Shown here piece after piece: positions 54,951 through 64,000 of a stretch of DNA of 64,000 nt. This DNA is from a virus (Duplodnaviria; Caudoviricetes), in IMG/VR virus record IMGVR_UViG_3300021400_001610, positions 18,490 to 82,489 of that record; one strand, 5' to 3'. The notes beneath the pieces are model-generated. The model ran no database searches and was not told the origin of the DNA. It saw only the letters and a program-made list of their open reading frames with translations. The position numbers and the translations under genes were made by a program. Each line of letters opens with the position of its first letter. Position 1 is the stretch's first letter.

Positions 54951-55286
54951 TTAGTCATAATATTCTTTTAAAAGATAATTTGTTTTAAAACAAATCTTCT
55001 CATAATTTTTAGAACATTCTGCAGAACCAGCGTTATTATAACATAAATATTTGCATCCTACACAAGTTTTTAATTGTAAGCATCTTACTTCTACATATGA
55101 ACCTCGTCCAACATTTACTACTCTTTTTCCATCTAAAATATACCAAGAACGACCTAATATTTTATCTATAAATGAATCTTTTAATTTTATTAATTCGTGT
55201 CTTCCTACAATAATAATTTTATTATTATTTACATCTTTTATTTCTTGAGAGGCAGAATTAAATTCATAAGTTTTATATTTTTCCAT
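54951..55286 (-). CDS. hypothetical protein with C-terminal Cys cluster
   Basis: CVGCKY...C...C; start moved to MEKYK just after the upstream stop. Confidence 0.6.
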   Translation of the reverse strand: MEKYKTYEFNSASQEIKDVNNNKIIIVGRHELIKLKDSFIDKILGRSWYILDGKRVVNVGRGSYVEVRCLQLKTCVGCKYLCYNNAGSAECSKNYEKICFKTNYLLKEYYD

Positions 55287-55288
55287 TT

Positions 55289-55480
55289 TTAATACCATAT
55301 TTCTTCCCATCCACATTTCAGACATTTATAACGATATTTAGGAGGATTGCATGCTAAGACATAACGTATATTTTTATAAATCGAACCTTCACATACTGGA
55401 CATTCAAGATTTGTTTTGCACCACTCGGATAAATCTAGTGGTGATTTGTAATATTCTTCTATATATTCTTCCCACTTCAT
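55289..55480 (-). CDS. Zn-ribbon protein
   Basis: CPVC...ACNPPKYRYKCLKCG. Confidence 0.7.
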   Translation of the reverse strand: MKWEEYIEEYYKSPLDLSEWCKTNLECPVCEGSIYKNIRYVLACNPPKYRYKCLKCGWEEIWY

Positions 55481-55947
55481 TAGAATCCTAAACTCCCATC
55501 TTCAATTTGATAGTTAGTGATAAAAATTTGAGGTGTATATCTTCCTCCCCATTCATTTAAGTTTGCTCTACCAACTACTTCTAACTTAATAGAATCATAC
55601 TGTGCCAATTCACTAATAAAATCTTTTGCATGGAATTTCATATATGCAATTCCAAACTTTTCTATTTTAACCGTATCTTGATTCTTACCCATAATACGAA
55701 TATCATTTTTTGTAATATTAATATCCTTAATATGAATCAATGGTTCATTATTATGCTGACCCCACAAATCTTCATGTTTTGCAATGTCTATAATTAAATC
55801 AGCAATATCAGAATCTGCGGCAATACGCTCAAAATTAACTTCATACCACGTCTCACCGAAATCAATATTTGCTAATTCTTTATTTGCATATTCATGGAAA
55901 GCTGAAAGGTTCTTGTCTAAAATACCAATACCACATGCGTTATCATG
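55480..55947 (-). CDS. recJ: RecJ-like exonuclease, exon 2
   Basis: Begins HDNACG, completing the DHHA1 AG|HxxAxG motif; 156 codons including stop, in frame with exon 1. Confidence 0.85.
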   Translation of the reverse strand, partial: HDNACGIGILDKNLSAFHEYANKELANIDFGETWYEVNFERIAADSDIADLIIDIAKHEDLWGQHNNEPLIHIKDINITKNDIRIMGKNQDTVKIEKFGIAYMKFHAKDFISELAQYDSIKLEVVGRANLNEWGGRYTPQIFITNYQIEDGSLGF

Positions 55948-56876
55948 CATCTTAATCTTTTGTTTCCAAAAGGATAGACTATTTTTTACTACCTTATTAG
56001 GTAGAACACCCATTTCAAATTGCGTATCAATAGCAATCTTACGTCTCCGATTGAGACTAGTCGTTACAGGTTTCACTAAACTCATTTTCTAATTGGATAA
56101 TCTAAATCATCTTTGTGATGATTTTGACCTATATTAATCATTGTTACTGCACTTCTATTCCAACCTACTTTTTGACCGATTTCTTTTTGAGATAAAGTTG
56201 TATTTTTGAGCATATCTATTACTTGCTCTGCTCGCCAATTATTAATTTCTTTTTCAGTTGGACGTAAAGGGTATGTTAAATTTTCATTATACCAAGCAGT
56301 TCCGTCAATAATATGACGAACCATATCTTGAGTGATATTATATTTTTTTACAATAGTACGTCTCTGAATTCTCCAATCAAGTAAATCTTTTTGAATTAAG
56401 ATAGCTTGTTGTTCAGTTATTTTTGCACCATTATGATTATGTGGAGGTTCTTCTCCTCCAGGTAAAACATTATATCCATTTGGTACCAAACAATTATAAT
56501 AAGAAATATATTCTTTTTCTTTTTCGTTATAATCTTCAAACCATCCCAACACTTCAAAACTAAAATTTTGTACTCCATATTTTTCGATGGCTTGGTTAAT
56601 TAAACTTCTATAACGATAATATCTACTTATATGTTGTTCAAATCGTTCTTCTGGATTAATGCTTTGTCCTATATATATTTTATGATTAATTTTATTTTCA
56701 ATTTTATAAATGGCTTTTTCTTTATATTTTTTCATTTTATCTCCCCTTATAAGAAATAAAATGAGCTTAGTGTTTCCCACGAGGTTCCCACCGACTTTAC
56801 TCGCTGAGGGTTTCTCGTTAGCCGCATATGCGACCCCGTTGATAAACGGAAAAGGTGTTACAGGCCATTAAATTCG
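55948..56876 (-). mobile_element. group I intron (IA-like) in recJ
   Basis: 5' exon ends in U (GGT), intron ends in G; P4 ACGAG/CTCGT, P3 ACGGGGT/AACCTGT, P7 GACTA/TAGTC with CCTGTAACGACTA and AAAATAGTC; internal homing endonuclease ORF. Confidence 0.85.
56082..56735 (-). CDS. GIY-YIG homing endonuclease (intron-encoded)
   Basis: AIYKIENKINHKIYIGQS...RFEQH...E...YN; C-terminal HTH repeats; start moved to MKKYK after GGGGAG. Confidence 0.9.
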   Translation of the reverse strand: MKKYKEKAIYKIENKINHKIYIGQSINPEERFEQHISRYYRYRSLINQAIEKYGVQNFSFEVLGWFEDYNEKEKEYISYYNCLVPNGYNVLPGGEEPPHNHNGAKITEQQAILIQKDLLDWRIQRRTIVKKYNITQDMVRHIIDGTAWYNENLTYPLRPTEKEINNWRAEQVIDMLKNTTLSQKEIGQKVGWNRSAVTMINIGQNHHKDDLDYPIRK

Positions 56877-58157
56877 ACCAGCCGTAAAAGTAAAATATCC
56901 ACTTTCATCCATAAAGTTTTTAAATGAAGTCAGCTCTGAATCATTTAATCCTCTACTTGAGCCTTTAATCTCTCCCTCATCATTCAACCGTGCTACAATA
57001 GTTGGTTTCTGATATTTGGCCGCCAGCTTCATAGCAGTAAGTCCGTTTAACTCTGGAGGAAAATTTTCATTATCAAGTCTTACAAATAGAATTTTATTTT
57101 CTAATAAGTCATATTTATGAATTTTAATTTCCAATTCTTCAACAGCTTTATCTAAAATACGATTCTGCTTTGCCCTTGCATTTGTACACTCCCGTGCCGA
57201 TTCGATAGCAACTTCTTCAAACGTACCTTTAGCCCCGCGCTTATGAGACTCGACCATCTTATGTCCATCAATAAAGGCTTCAAAACATCGTTGCTTTTCT
57301 TCCATCGTACCAGTTCTAATCATTGCATTAATTAGAGGGGTTATATAAAATGCAACTGTAATGGGAGTTACTTTCCCTCCCATTGAGAACGATTGCTTTT
57401 CACATAATGCTTGGAAGAAATAGTTTTTTATATTGAAAAAACCGGTATGAACAATATATCTATTCTCAAGCTCTAACATAGACATCATATCAGATACAAT
57501 ACCCAATGCTGCCAAGTCAATAAATTCTCCTGCATAATTTGTTTTATACATACTGTCACAATATCTACAAAATTGCCAGGTGACGCCAGCGCCGCATAGG
57601 TCTTTGTTATTATAATTCGGTGATAGCTGATTATTAATTATAACACTATGGTTCGAAAACTTGGTATCTGGTTCTACAATATGATGGTCTAAAATCAAAC
57701 ACTCGATACCTTCGGCGCCGAGCTGTTCAATATATTCATAGTCATTACTACCAGCATCAGGTAGTATTACATATTTGATTATCATATCATTTTCTATTAA
57801 ATTAAAAATTTTATCAACAGTATCAGACAGTCCATGTCCTTTCCCCTCATGTAGAATAGGAATAATACCAATATCTTTATTAAATTTACGTAGATACTGT
57901 ATGAAGATTGCGGCCGAGGTAAAGCCGTCTACGTCGGAATCGACCACGATACATAAATTACAGTTTTTTGAATTAATAATTTTATCAAAAAGTTTATAGC
58001 CTTCTTCAATATTATATAATTTAATTGGACTTTCTAAAGCAGATGCATCCGGAACATTGAGAAAATATTCAAGCTCTTTTTCTGTAAGCCCACGCTCCAT
58101 AAGCAGTTCATTTGTATAGTTATTTCTAATATCTTTATTTACCAATTTTGTCTTCAT
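56877..58157 (-). CDS. recJ: RecJ-like ssDNA exonuclease (DHH family), exon 1
   Basis: DSDVDG, LDHH, DLAALGIVSD, GSSRG; ends FTFTAG before the intron; spliced product 582 aa. Confidence 0.9.
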
Positions 58158-58320
58158 ATAATCGCTCCTCTATAATAAAAGTTGTTTTAAGCATATAGGC
58201 TTGTAGTTTAGCATCTGTTAAGTACTGAATACCTTTGACTGCAACTAAATCAGTTAAATTATCCAAATCTTTTATAAGGTTTTCTAATAAGTCTTTTTGT
58301 TCATTCATTGATAATATCAT
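58135..58320 (-). CDS. hypothetical protein
   Basis: 61-aa ORF overlapping both neighbours. Confidence 0.55.
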   Translation of the reverse strand: MILSMNEQKDLLENLIKDLDNLTDLVAVKGIQYLTDAKLQAYMLKTTFIIEERLYEDKIGK

Positions 58321-59369
58321 CTTATTTTTACCCTTCTTTTATAAAGTTTCCAAAATATGTCTGCCCCTTTATCGGTTGGACTATCTTTCATATCTAATAA
58401 GTTTTCTCTATCATATATAAATGAAAAATCTGCATAATTCTGATATTTTTTTCCTATTGAATATAGCTTATTAAAATACTCATCACTACCTGATTTTTCT
58501 TCTTTATCAAAGCAAATAACAATTTCACCCGGATGCGATGCTCGCATTAATATTTTTAAAGCATGTTTATTAAATTGACTTCCACATACTGCAACTGAGC
58601 AATTGGCGAAATCAAATCCTTCAAATTGAAGTACTGATTTTTCCGCTTCAAATAAGAAACAAACTCCGGTTCTTCGTATATTTTCTTTTGTTTTATTTAA
58701 TCCATACAAGTTAAGTGAAAGTGGATGACTATACCATTTTCCTTCTATTTGCACCGGCATATATTTACCCACATTCTCTACTTCCCATTCGTTAAGTGCG
58801 CGCCCTCGTATACCAATAAGTTTTCCATCTACGTTATAATGGGGAATTATAATTTTATTTTGAGGAATAGAATATCGAATATCAAATTTATCCATCGCAG
58901 ACTTACTAATCCCGTCTTTTAACCACTCTTGTGGATAAAACTTAGTAAAACAATCTATAATTCCTTTTGGATAAGTTGGCAACTCGATACGCTCGGGCGC
59001 CGAATAAGTAGAACGTATACTCTTATACTTCTTCGGCGCGAAGCCGTCTAACTGTCTGTAATTACTACAGTCAAGTATTACTTTATATACATCTTCATAC
59101 CAATCATAGTCTAGCTGCCTGGTTTCGTAATAGGTTTTTAAAAATTGAAAAATACCCATTGAACCACATTCTGTATAGCACTGAAAGATATGACTATTCT
59201 CATAATAATATAATTTCATAGATGCTTCACTTGCATCTTCATTATGACATATAGTTTTAAAAATTACATATCCTGGTTTCTGTACGTAATCATCAGAACC
59301 TAGAGTTTCCATCAGTTGAATAACTTTTTGAGTATCTAATTGTTCTATAATACTTTTATAATCAATCAA
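58317..59369 (-). CDS. DNA primase (DnaG-like)
   Basis: CH..C..C zinc-binding domain, IIIPHYN..G..IGIRGR, TOPRIM FEAEKS and ICFD. Confidence 0.85.
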   Translation of the reverse strand: MIDYKSIIEQLDTQKVIQLMETLGSDDYVQKPGYVIFKTICHNEDASEASMKLYYYENSHIFQCYTECGSMGIFQFLKTYYETRQLDYDWYEDVYKVILDCSNYRQLDGFAPKKYKSIRSTYSAPERIELPTYPKGIIDCFTKFYPQEWLKDGISKSAMDKFDIRYSIPQNKIIIPHYNVDGKLIGIRGRALNEWEVENVGKYMPVQIEGKWYSHPLSLNLYGLNKTKENIRRTGVCFLFEAEKSVLQFEGFDFANCSVAVCGSQFNKHALKILMRASHPGEIVICFDKEEKSGSDEYFNKLYSIGKKYQNYADFSFIYDRENLLDMKDSPTDKGADIFWKLYKRRVKIR

Positions 59370-60936
59370 CTACTTCACCGCGATTTAACCTTTCTACTAT
59401 TACTTTTAAATGTTCATATTCACTATCATCCCAACTTTTAATTTCATAATCATCTCTTGTATTAAAATTTTCTATTGGTTCAATTCTTGAATCAGTAATA
59501 AATAAATCACGTTTTCTTAGAGTACCTAAATTCATATCAGACCAAATACGAACTTGTGTCCATTCGCCACTACGGACTTTAAATATATCAGTTACTAAAT
59601 TCGGCTTATTTTCTGGATGATTTTCATATAAAGGTTCTAACAATTCTAATTCTTCTTTAGTCGGTCTAGCCATAATCGCGCCATTATCAGCTTTATTAAT
59701 TGTACTACGGCCGCCCGCCAACGAACCTTCATTTCGTATATCTTTATTATCATCACCTTTAGCATTTAATTGAGTTGATGTAAACATCGCCACATCTAAT
59801 TCAACTGCTAAATCTTTTAATGCTGTAGCAAACATAAGTAATACTTCATCATTTCTTAAAGCAAATCCCTTAAACTCATTTAATAAAGAAGGTCCAATAA
59901 AAATATAATCATAAAATACATAACCAATATCATGTACAATACAATTTTCTCTTACAATTGTTTTAACCGTTTCAATTGTTGGATTTGGCATTTTAACCAA
60001 TATTAAATTTTCACTATATTTCTCCATTAAATGAATTGCCTGAGTGATAATCGCTCTTTCTCTTTGTGAAAAATCTGCATATTTAAAACGGCTTCTACTT
60101 ATATCAGTTAAATAAGCAAGAATCATTAACCTTACTTCTTTAAATCTTTGTTCTGTAACAATGAATAAAACCTTTTCACTATTTCCTTTTTGTTCCCATT
60201 GACAAGTTATATTATTATATCTAAAAGGATAAGCTAAATAACAAGCATCGGCTACTGCATTAGATGTTTTACCTACTCCACTCGCCGCACTTCGTATTGT
60301 TAATGTACCTTTTTTTGCTCCGTCTATAACTTGATTATAAATTGCGCCTTGAACTGGCATACCAATTTCATATGCTGCGCCAAGCTCATTAACTAAATCC
60401 TCCATTCCAGCTGCGGCAGATTCAATTTCTATTTCATCACTTGTTTCATATTTTGATTCTACTCCAAGTAATTTTTTTCTTACTGCATCTGTTATTTTTT
60501 TGGGAGTTAAAAAGTTAAATTGTTCATTAATTTCTTCACATTTTGGATTTGTTAAATCTTCACAATAAAATTCATCTGTATCAAAACCTTGCTTTTTCAA
60601 ATCTTTTAAAAGGTTTAACATTTTAAAACGATTATAATAAAAATCAAAGTTATCTACTTCAGATAATTCTATTATATCTTGAAGATATTCAATACCATTT
60701 TTATCTTTAAAAGCTTTCGCAGATACTTGATCTGGTTCTATAAAATTCTCTATATCAATTGGTTGAATTTTTGTGGCGCCGTTTCGATATAAACCATTGA
60801 TCGCCATAAAAATTGACCGTTCAAAACGAGTTGGAAAATCAGTTAGAACAAAAGAATATTTATCAATTTCACTTAATAATTGAGGCTTCTTCATTAAACA
60901 GCCGAGAATTTGTTGAATATCTCTTTTGTCTATCAC
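59362..60936 (-). CDS. DnaB-like replicative helicase
   Basis: Walker A AASGVGKT, VFYDYI, TSTQLN, KVRSG. Confidence 0.9.
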   Translation of the reverse strand: MIDKRDIQQILGCLMKKPQLLSEIDKYSFVLTDFPTRFERSIFMAINGLYRNGATKIQPIDIENFIEPDQVSAKAFKDKNGIEYLQDIIELSEVDNFDFYYNRFKMLNLLKDLKKQGFDTDEFYCEDLTNPKCEEINEQFNFLTPKKITDAVRKKLLGVESKYETSDEIEIESAAAGMEDLVNELGAAYEIGMPVQGAIYNQVIDGAKKGTLTIRSAASGVGKTSNAVADACYLAYPFRYNNITCQWEQKGNSEKVLFIVTEQRFKEVRLMILAYLTDISRSRFKYADFSQRERAIITQAIHLMEKYSENLILVKMPNPTIETVKTIVRENCIVHDIGYVFYDYIFIGPSLLNEFKGFALRNDEVLLMFATALKDLAVELDVAMFTSTQLNAKGDDNKDIRNEGSLAGGRSTINKADNGAIMARPTKEELELLEPLYENHPENKPNLVTDIFKVRSGEWTQVRIWSDMNLGTLRKRDLFITDSRIEPIENFNTRDDYEIKSWDDSEYEHLKVIVERLNRGEVVD

Positions 60937-61484
60937 TCTTCATCCTCCAAATCATCTAATACACTAAAATCGACTTTATATTTTTCTTTTTTAGGATTTT
61001 GTTTTTTAATTTTAACTTTAGTTCTTTCTGCTGCTTCGCGCATCTGACGTTCAATTTCTGCAACAGTACCAGCACTTTGTTGTTCTCTTTTTGCCCAATA
61101 ATTACATGATTCTGTATATATAAAAGGTACAATTCCTATACCTCCATGACCTTTATCCCAATCATTATGTTTTATATCATAAAAATATTTTAAAGCAAAA
61201 AAAATACCTTTATTAGTCATTTTTTCTTTAAGAAATTTTTTTCTTTGCGCTTCACACATATGATAGTCATAAGGTACTTTTAAATCACGAGAAATAAAAT
61301 CATATATATAATCGTGGTATTCTTCGTCTGTTGCGGGGACAGCATGCTTCCAATCTTCATAACACTTTCTATGATAGAAATAATTACGAGAAGCCATTAT
61401 CCATTCTTTGCCTTCTAAATCTATATTACGATCTATATCTCCGCCGCAGACTCTACAATGTACAATCGCCAATTTCTTCGCCAT
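60933..61484 (-). CDS. Zn-binding replication-associated protein
   Basis: CRVC...HRKC; sits just upstream of the helicase; a loader role is only an inference. Confidence 0.6.
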   Translation of the reverse strand: MAKKLAIVHCRVCGGDIDRNIDLEGKEWIMASRNYFYHRKCYEDWKHAVPATDEEYHDYIYDFISRDLKVPYDYHMCEAQRKKFLKEKMTNKGIFFALKYFYDIKHNDWDKGHGGIGIVPFIYTESCNYWAKREQQSAGTVAEIERQMREAAERTKVKIKKQNPKKEKYKVDFSVLDDLEDEE

Positions 61485-61583
61485 ATAAAACTCCTTTCTT
61501 ATTCTTTATTATATTATAACATAAATTAAGGAATTTGTCAAATTTAAAAAGCGTATCTAAAAGATACGCTTTAACTTATATAT

Positions 61584-62552
61584 TTAACTATTCATTTCCC
61601 TCATGTCCAACAGAACCAGATAGAATAAATCTTTTTGGTCTTCAGTAATCTCTGAAAGTTTAATCTTTCTACCAAATACCATTTCAACCTTTTTCAAAAT
61701 TCTGTCAGCATTTGATTCATCCGCACCAACTAAGGTTGTCCACAGCTGTGCTGCTTCTTCTCTAATCTCATCAAAATTAAGCTCTTCCTCAACCTTAGAT
61801 TCAATTTTATCAACGACTGTTGCGCCATCTTCATCGCGCTGCTTATCAATAGCTTCGTTAATAGCTTTAACCAGTTCGTCGTAACCAAGCTTAATTTTAG
61901 GAACTAAGTATGGAAAACGACTACCTGCCATTACGGTAGGAGTTTGTCGAGTATATAACCATCTTTGACTGTTTCCATTCTCATCCCATTCAGTAGCGAT
62001 ATAACCAATAATATCTACAATTTGATTAACTACTTCATAACATCTCTTTGGCATACTCGGCGCCAAAATTTCAATTTCGCTATCATCAGCTAACTTTTCT
62101 TTTCTTGTCTCAATATGGCTGATAAGCACAAGACCATATCCAAGCATTGTAATTTTTCTTAAACAATTCTCAAATTCCTTTTTAGTAAGAGTCCATCCTT
62201 GACCCCAAGGAATATCACGAATTGATTGAACACCATTTTGAGCGCATACAAACTGTTCACACATTTCATATGCAATTGTAGTAGTATCAATTGTAATTGT
62301 ATCATACATTTCGCGAGCTTCGGGTTTTTCTAATTGCTTTAATACTTGACGAAATTCTGTCCACTTATTAATATCAACAGCTTTAATTCCATCAATAGCG
62401 TTATAACCTTTTTCAAAAGCAATTAGTAGATTTTTAGGAAAACGAGAAGCCATAGTAGTCTTACCAGTCTTTGGCTTCCCGTAAAGTAAGATATATTTTC
62501 CTTTTAAATCTCTTGAAATAACCGTAGGCTCAATATTTAAAATATCAATCAT
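61584..62552 (-). CDS. Sak4-like AAA ATPase / single-strand annealing protein
   Basis: LLYGKPKTGKTT, LIAFEKG, ITIDT, LISH; adjacent to an SSB-like gene. Confidence 0.75.
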   Translation of the reverse strand: MIDILNIEPTVISRDLKGKYILLYGKPKTGKTTMASRFPKNLLIAFEKGYNAIDGIKAVDINKWTEFRQVLKQLEKPEAREMYDTITIDTTTIAYEMCEQFVCAQNGVQSIRDIPWGQGWTLTKKEFENCLRKITMLGYGLVLISHIETRKEKLADDSEIEILAPSMPKRCYEVVNQIVDIIGYIATEWDENGNSQRWLYTRQTPTVMAGSRFPYLVPKIKLGYDELVKAINEAIDKQRDEDGATVVDKIESKVEEELNFDEIREEAAQLWTTLVGADESNADRILKKVEMVFGRKIKLSEITEDQKDLFYLVLLDMREMNS

Positions 62553-62568
62553 ATGAGCCTACCTCCAA

Positions 62569-63486
62569 TTAAAATCCCAGGTCTGCAAAACCATTATTAG
62601 ATGTCTGCGGTGGCGTCTGCTTAGAAGCAGCTCTAGACATATCCTTGCTCTTCTGATTTTCAAGTCTAAGCTTTCTATCAGCAAGAGCGTTCTGAATTTC
62701 TGCATTATCAAATGCAAAATCGCCTTCCAGAGGTTCCTGCGAACCACCAGTAATAATCAAATCACTTCTATTAATGGTTCTGGTCTTCTCAATCGGCTCA
62801 CCAAAATCAACTTCCTCAATAATTGTTTCAGTTGTTGCGGAAAAATCAAGACGACCATTTGCCTTTACAGTATCACCAACATTCCAATATGTAGAAACCG
62901 CATCAATGACTCCGGCGCTCTGTGCGTACATCGGAACTACATCTACCTTACCACCATACTGTGGAATAATAGCATCAATCTTATATCTTCCTGTCGGCTC
63001 GCCATTTCTATCAATTTCTTCTGCCTTATTTGCAACTACAAACTCAGCTGTATAAGTTGCTTCAGGCTTACAATCTCCCTTATTAATTCTTGTAACAAAA
63101 GAAGAATTAATTCTTGGGAAAGAGATAAGTCTACCATCCTGGCTGTAGTATTCATTCATACGAACACTACCACTAGTAATTCTGACTCTATCAGCGCCGT
63201 CTTCACCATTCTCAGATGCGGCAATACTGACATATTCATCCATTACCTTTTTAATAGATTCATAAGCCGGATTCGGGGTACCCTTGTTAGTCAGCTTAGA
63301 TGCGAACATATGAACAGGAATTGCGAGTTCCTTTTCCTCTCCGCTAATCTTCTGCGTAACTTTAACAATAATATGACCACCAATTGAATCCATAGTCTGT
63401 CCATTTTTATTAAAATGACCAGGCTTAATATCAATTTCAGCAAGAATACCTTCTACTTTACATCTATTTTCGGCTTGTCTTAACAT
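62569..63486 (-). CDS. putative ssDNA-binding protein
   Basis: Two beta-rich OB-like halves, C-terminal GFADLGF tail, biased codons. Confidence 0.65.
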   Translation of the reverse strand: MLRQAENRCKVEGILAEIDIKPGHFNKNGQTMDSIGGHIIVKVTQKISGEEKELAIPVHMFASKLTNKGTPNPAYESIKKVMDEYVSIAASENGEDGADRVRITSGSVRMNEYYSQDGRLISFPRINSSFVTRINKGDCKPEATYTAEFVVANKAEEIDRNGEPTGRYKIDAIIPQYGGKVDVVPMYAQSAGVIDAVSTYWNVGDTVKANGRLDFSATTETIIEEVDFGEPIEKTRTINRSDLIITGGSQEPLEGDFAFDNAEIQNALADRKLRLENQKSKDMSRAASKQTPPQTSNNGFADLGF

Positions 63487-63581
63487 TTATTTTTTTCTCC
63501 TGTTTATCTGTTTCTGTTCGTTTGGTTCGTTAAATAAAATAATAAATCTTGGAGGGTATAAACCCTCCGATCTATTAAAAA

Positions 63582-63830
63582 TTACTCATCATCGCTCGGA
63601 ACGAAAACCTTTCCTTCATCGGTCAGAACTACATAAGTAACTGGCTTCTCTGCGCCTTCTACTTCAACCTTTTCTCTAACTGCCAGACCCTTCTTTGTCA
63701 GGTCAGTAACATTTGCACCAACGGATCTCTCTGTTCTATCAAGAGCAGTTGCCAGCTCAGGAACGGAAACCTTACCACCATTGTTCTTTACATACTCAAA
63801 TACTTCGTTAGACTTTTCTGTCAGCTTCAT
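63582..63830 (-). CDS. MarR-like winged-helix DNA-binding protein
   Basis: VSVPELATALDRTERSVGANVTDLTKKGLA, LTDEG. Confidence 0.8.
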   Translation of the reverse strand: MKLTEKSNEVFEYVKNNGGKVSVPELATALDRTERSVGANVTDLTKKGLAVREKVEVEGAEKPVTYVVLTDEGKVFVPSDDE

Positions 63831-64000
63831 AATCTTTTTTCTCCTTTTAAATAAATAATTTAGTTTAGTTTATTTTATTTTTGAAAGTTTTTCTTTTCTC
63901 TCAACTTTCTATATATATTATATATTAAATTTTATTAAAACTCAAATTTTGATAGCTCTTTTTTCTTAAAAAATTGTCATTCCAATAACGCTTGTACTGT

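Noticed and set aside
55480-56085. Independent 201-aa gene as given in the ORF track
   Set aside because: Its first ~46 codons are intron P7-P9 sequence; the real coding part is recJ exon 2 from 55947
47355-60936. Inteins in NrdD, DnaE, primase or helicase
   Set aside because: Lengths are ordinary and I found no C/S...HN-C/S/T boundaries or LAGLIDADG blocks
16612-63830. Stop-codon reassignment
   Set aside because: Long conserved genes are intact under code 11 and genes end in TAA, TAG and TGA

Overview
This window is 64 kb of a large, AT-rich (roughly 30-35% GC by eye) tailed dsDNA phage. Its sigmaA-type promoters, AGGAG ribosome-binding sites and operator types point to a Firmicute (Bacillota) host, and it uses the standard genetic code. 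(1) 1-11.06 kb is an array of leftward one- or two-gene cassettes, nearly all with their own TTGACA-17-TATAAT promoter. At least 16 spacers carry a GC-rich (G)GCGCCCGGGC(G) core flanked by interchangeable palindromes that match the known boxes of CodY, LexA and Rex. The cargo includes a DEDDh exonuclease, DeoC, a HAD nucleotidase, paralogous winged-helix proteins and a 91-nt tRNA/tmRNA-like RNA. (2) 11.06-13.35 kb holds two non-coding, palindrome-packed hubs (LexA-, CodY-, ArgR- and Rex-like boxes, an iteron-like array, a perfect 22-bp inverted repeat). The first hub is flanked by two divergently transcribed PD-(D/E)xK-like homologues. (3) 13.4-16.5 kb is a run of small Zn-ribbon genes. (4) 16.6-41.4 kb is an SPbeta-like virion module: TerL, portal, protease/scaffold, capsid, connectors, two tail-tube paralogues and a 3557-aa tape measure. 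(5) 41.4-64 kb is a leftward replication/nucleotide module: RuvC-like resolvase, dUTPase, ThyX-like protein, NrdD, DnaE-type polymerase, RecJ split by a group I intron with a GIY-YIG endonuclease, primase, DnaB-like helicase, Sak4-like ATPase and SSB. No integrase, lysis, baseplate or CRISPR features are visible. The best candidate for an undescribed system is the modular collection of host global-regulator operators, acting either as a sensor or as a DNA sponge. All motif counts were made by eye and protein calls rest on recognised motifs, not database searches.
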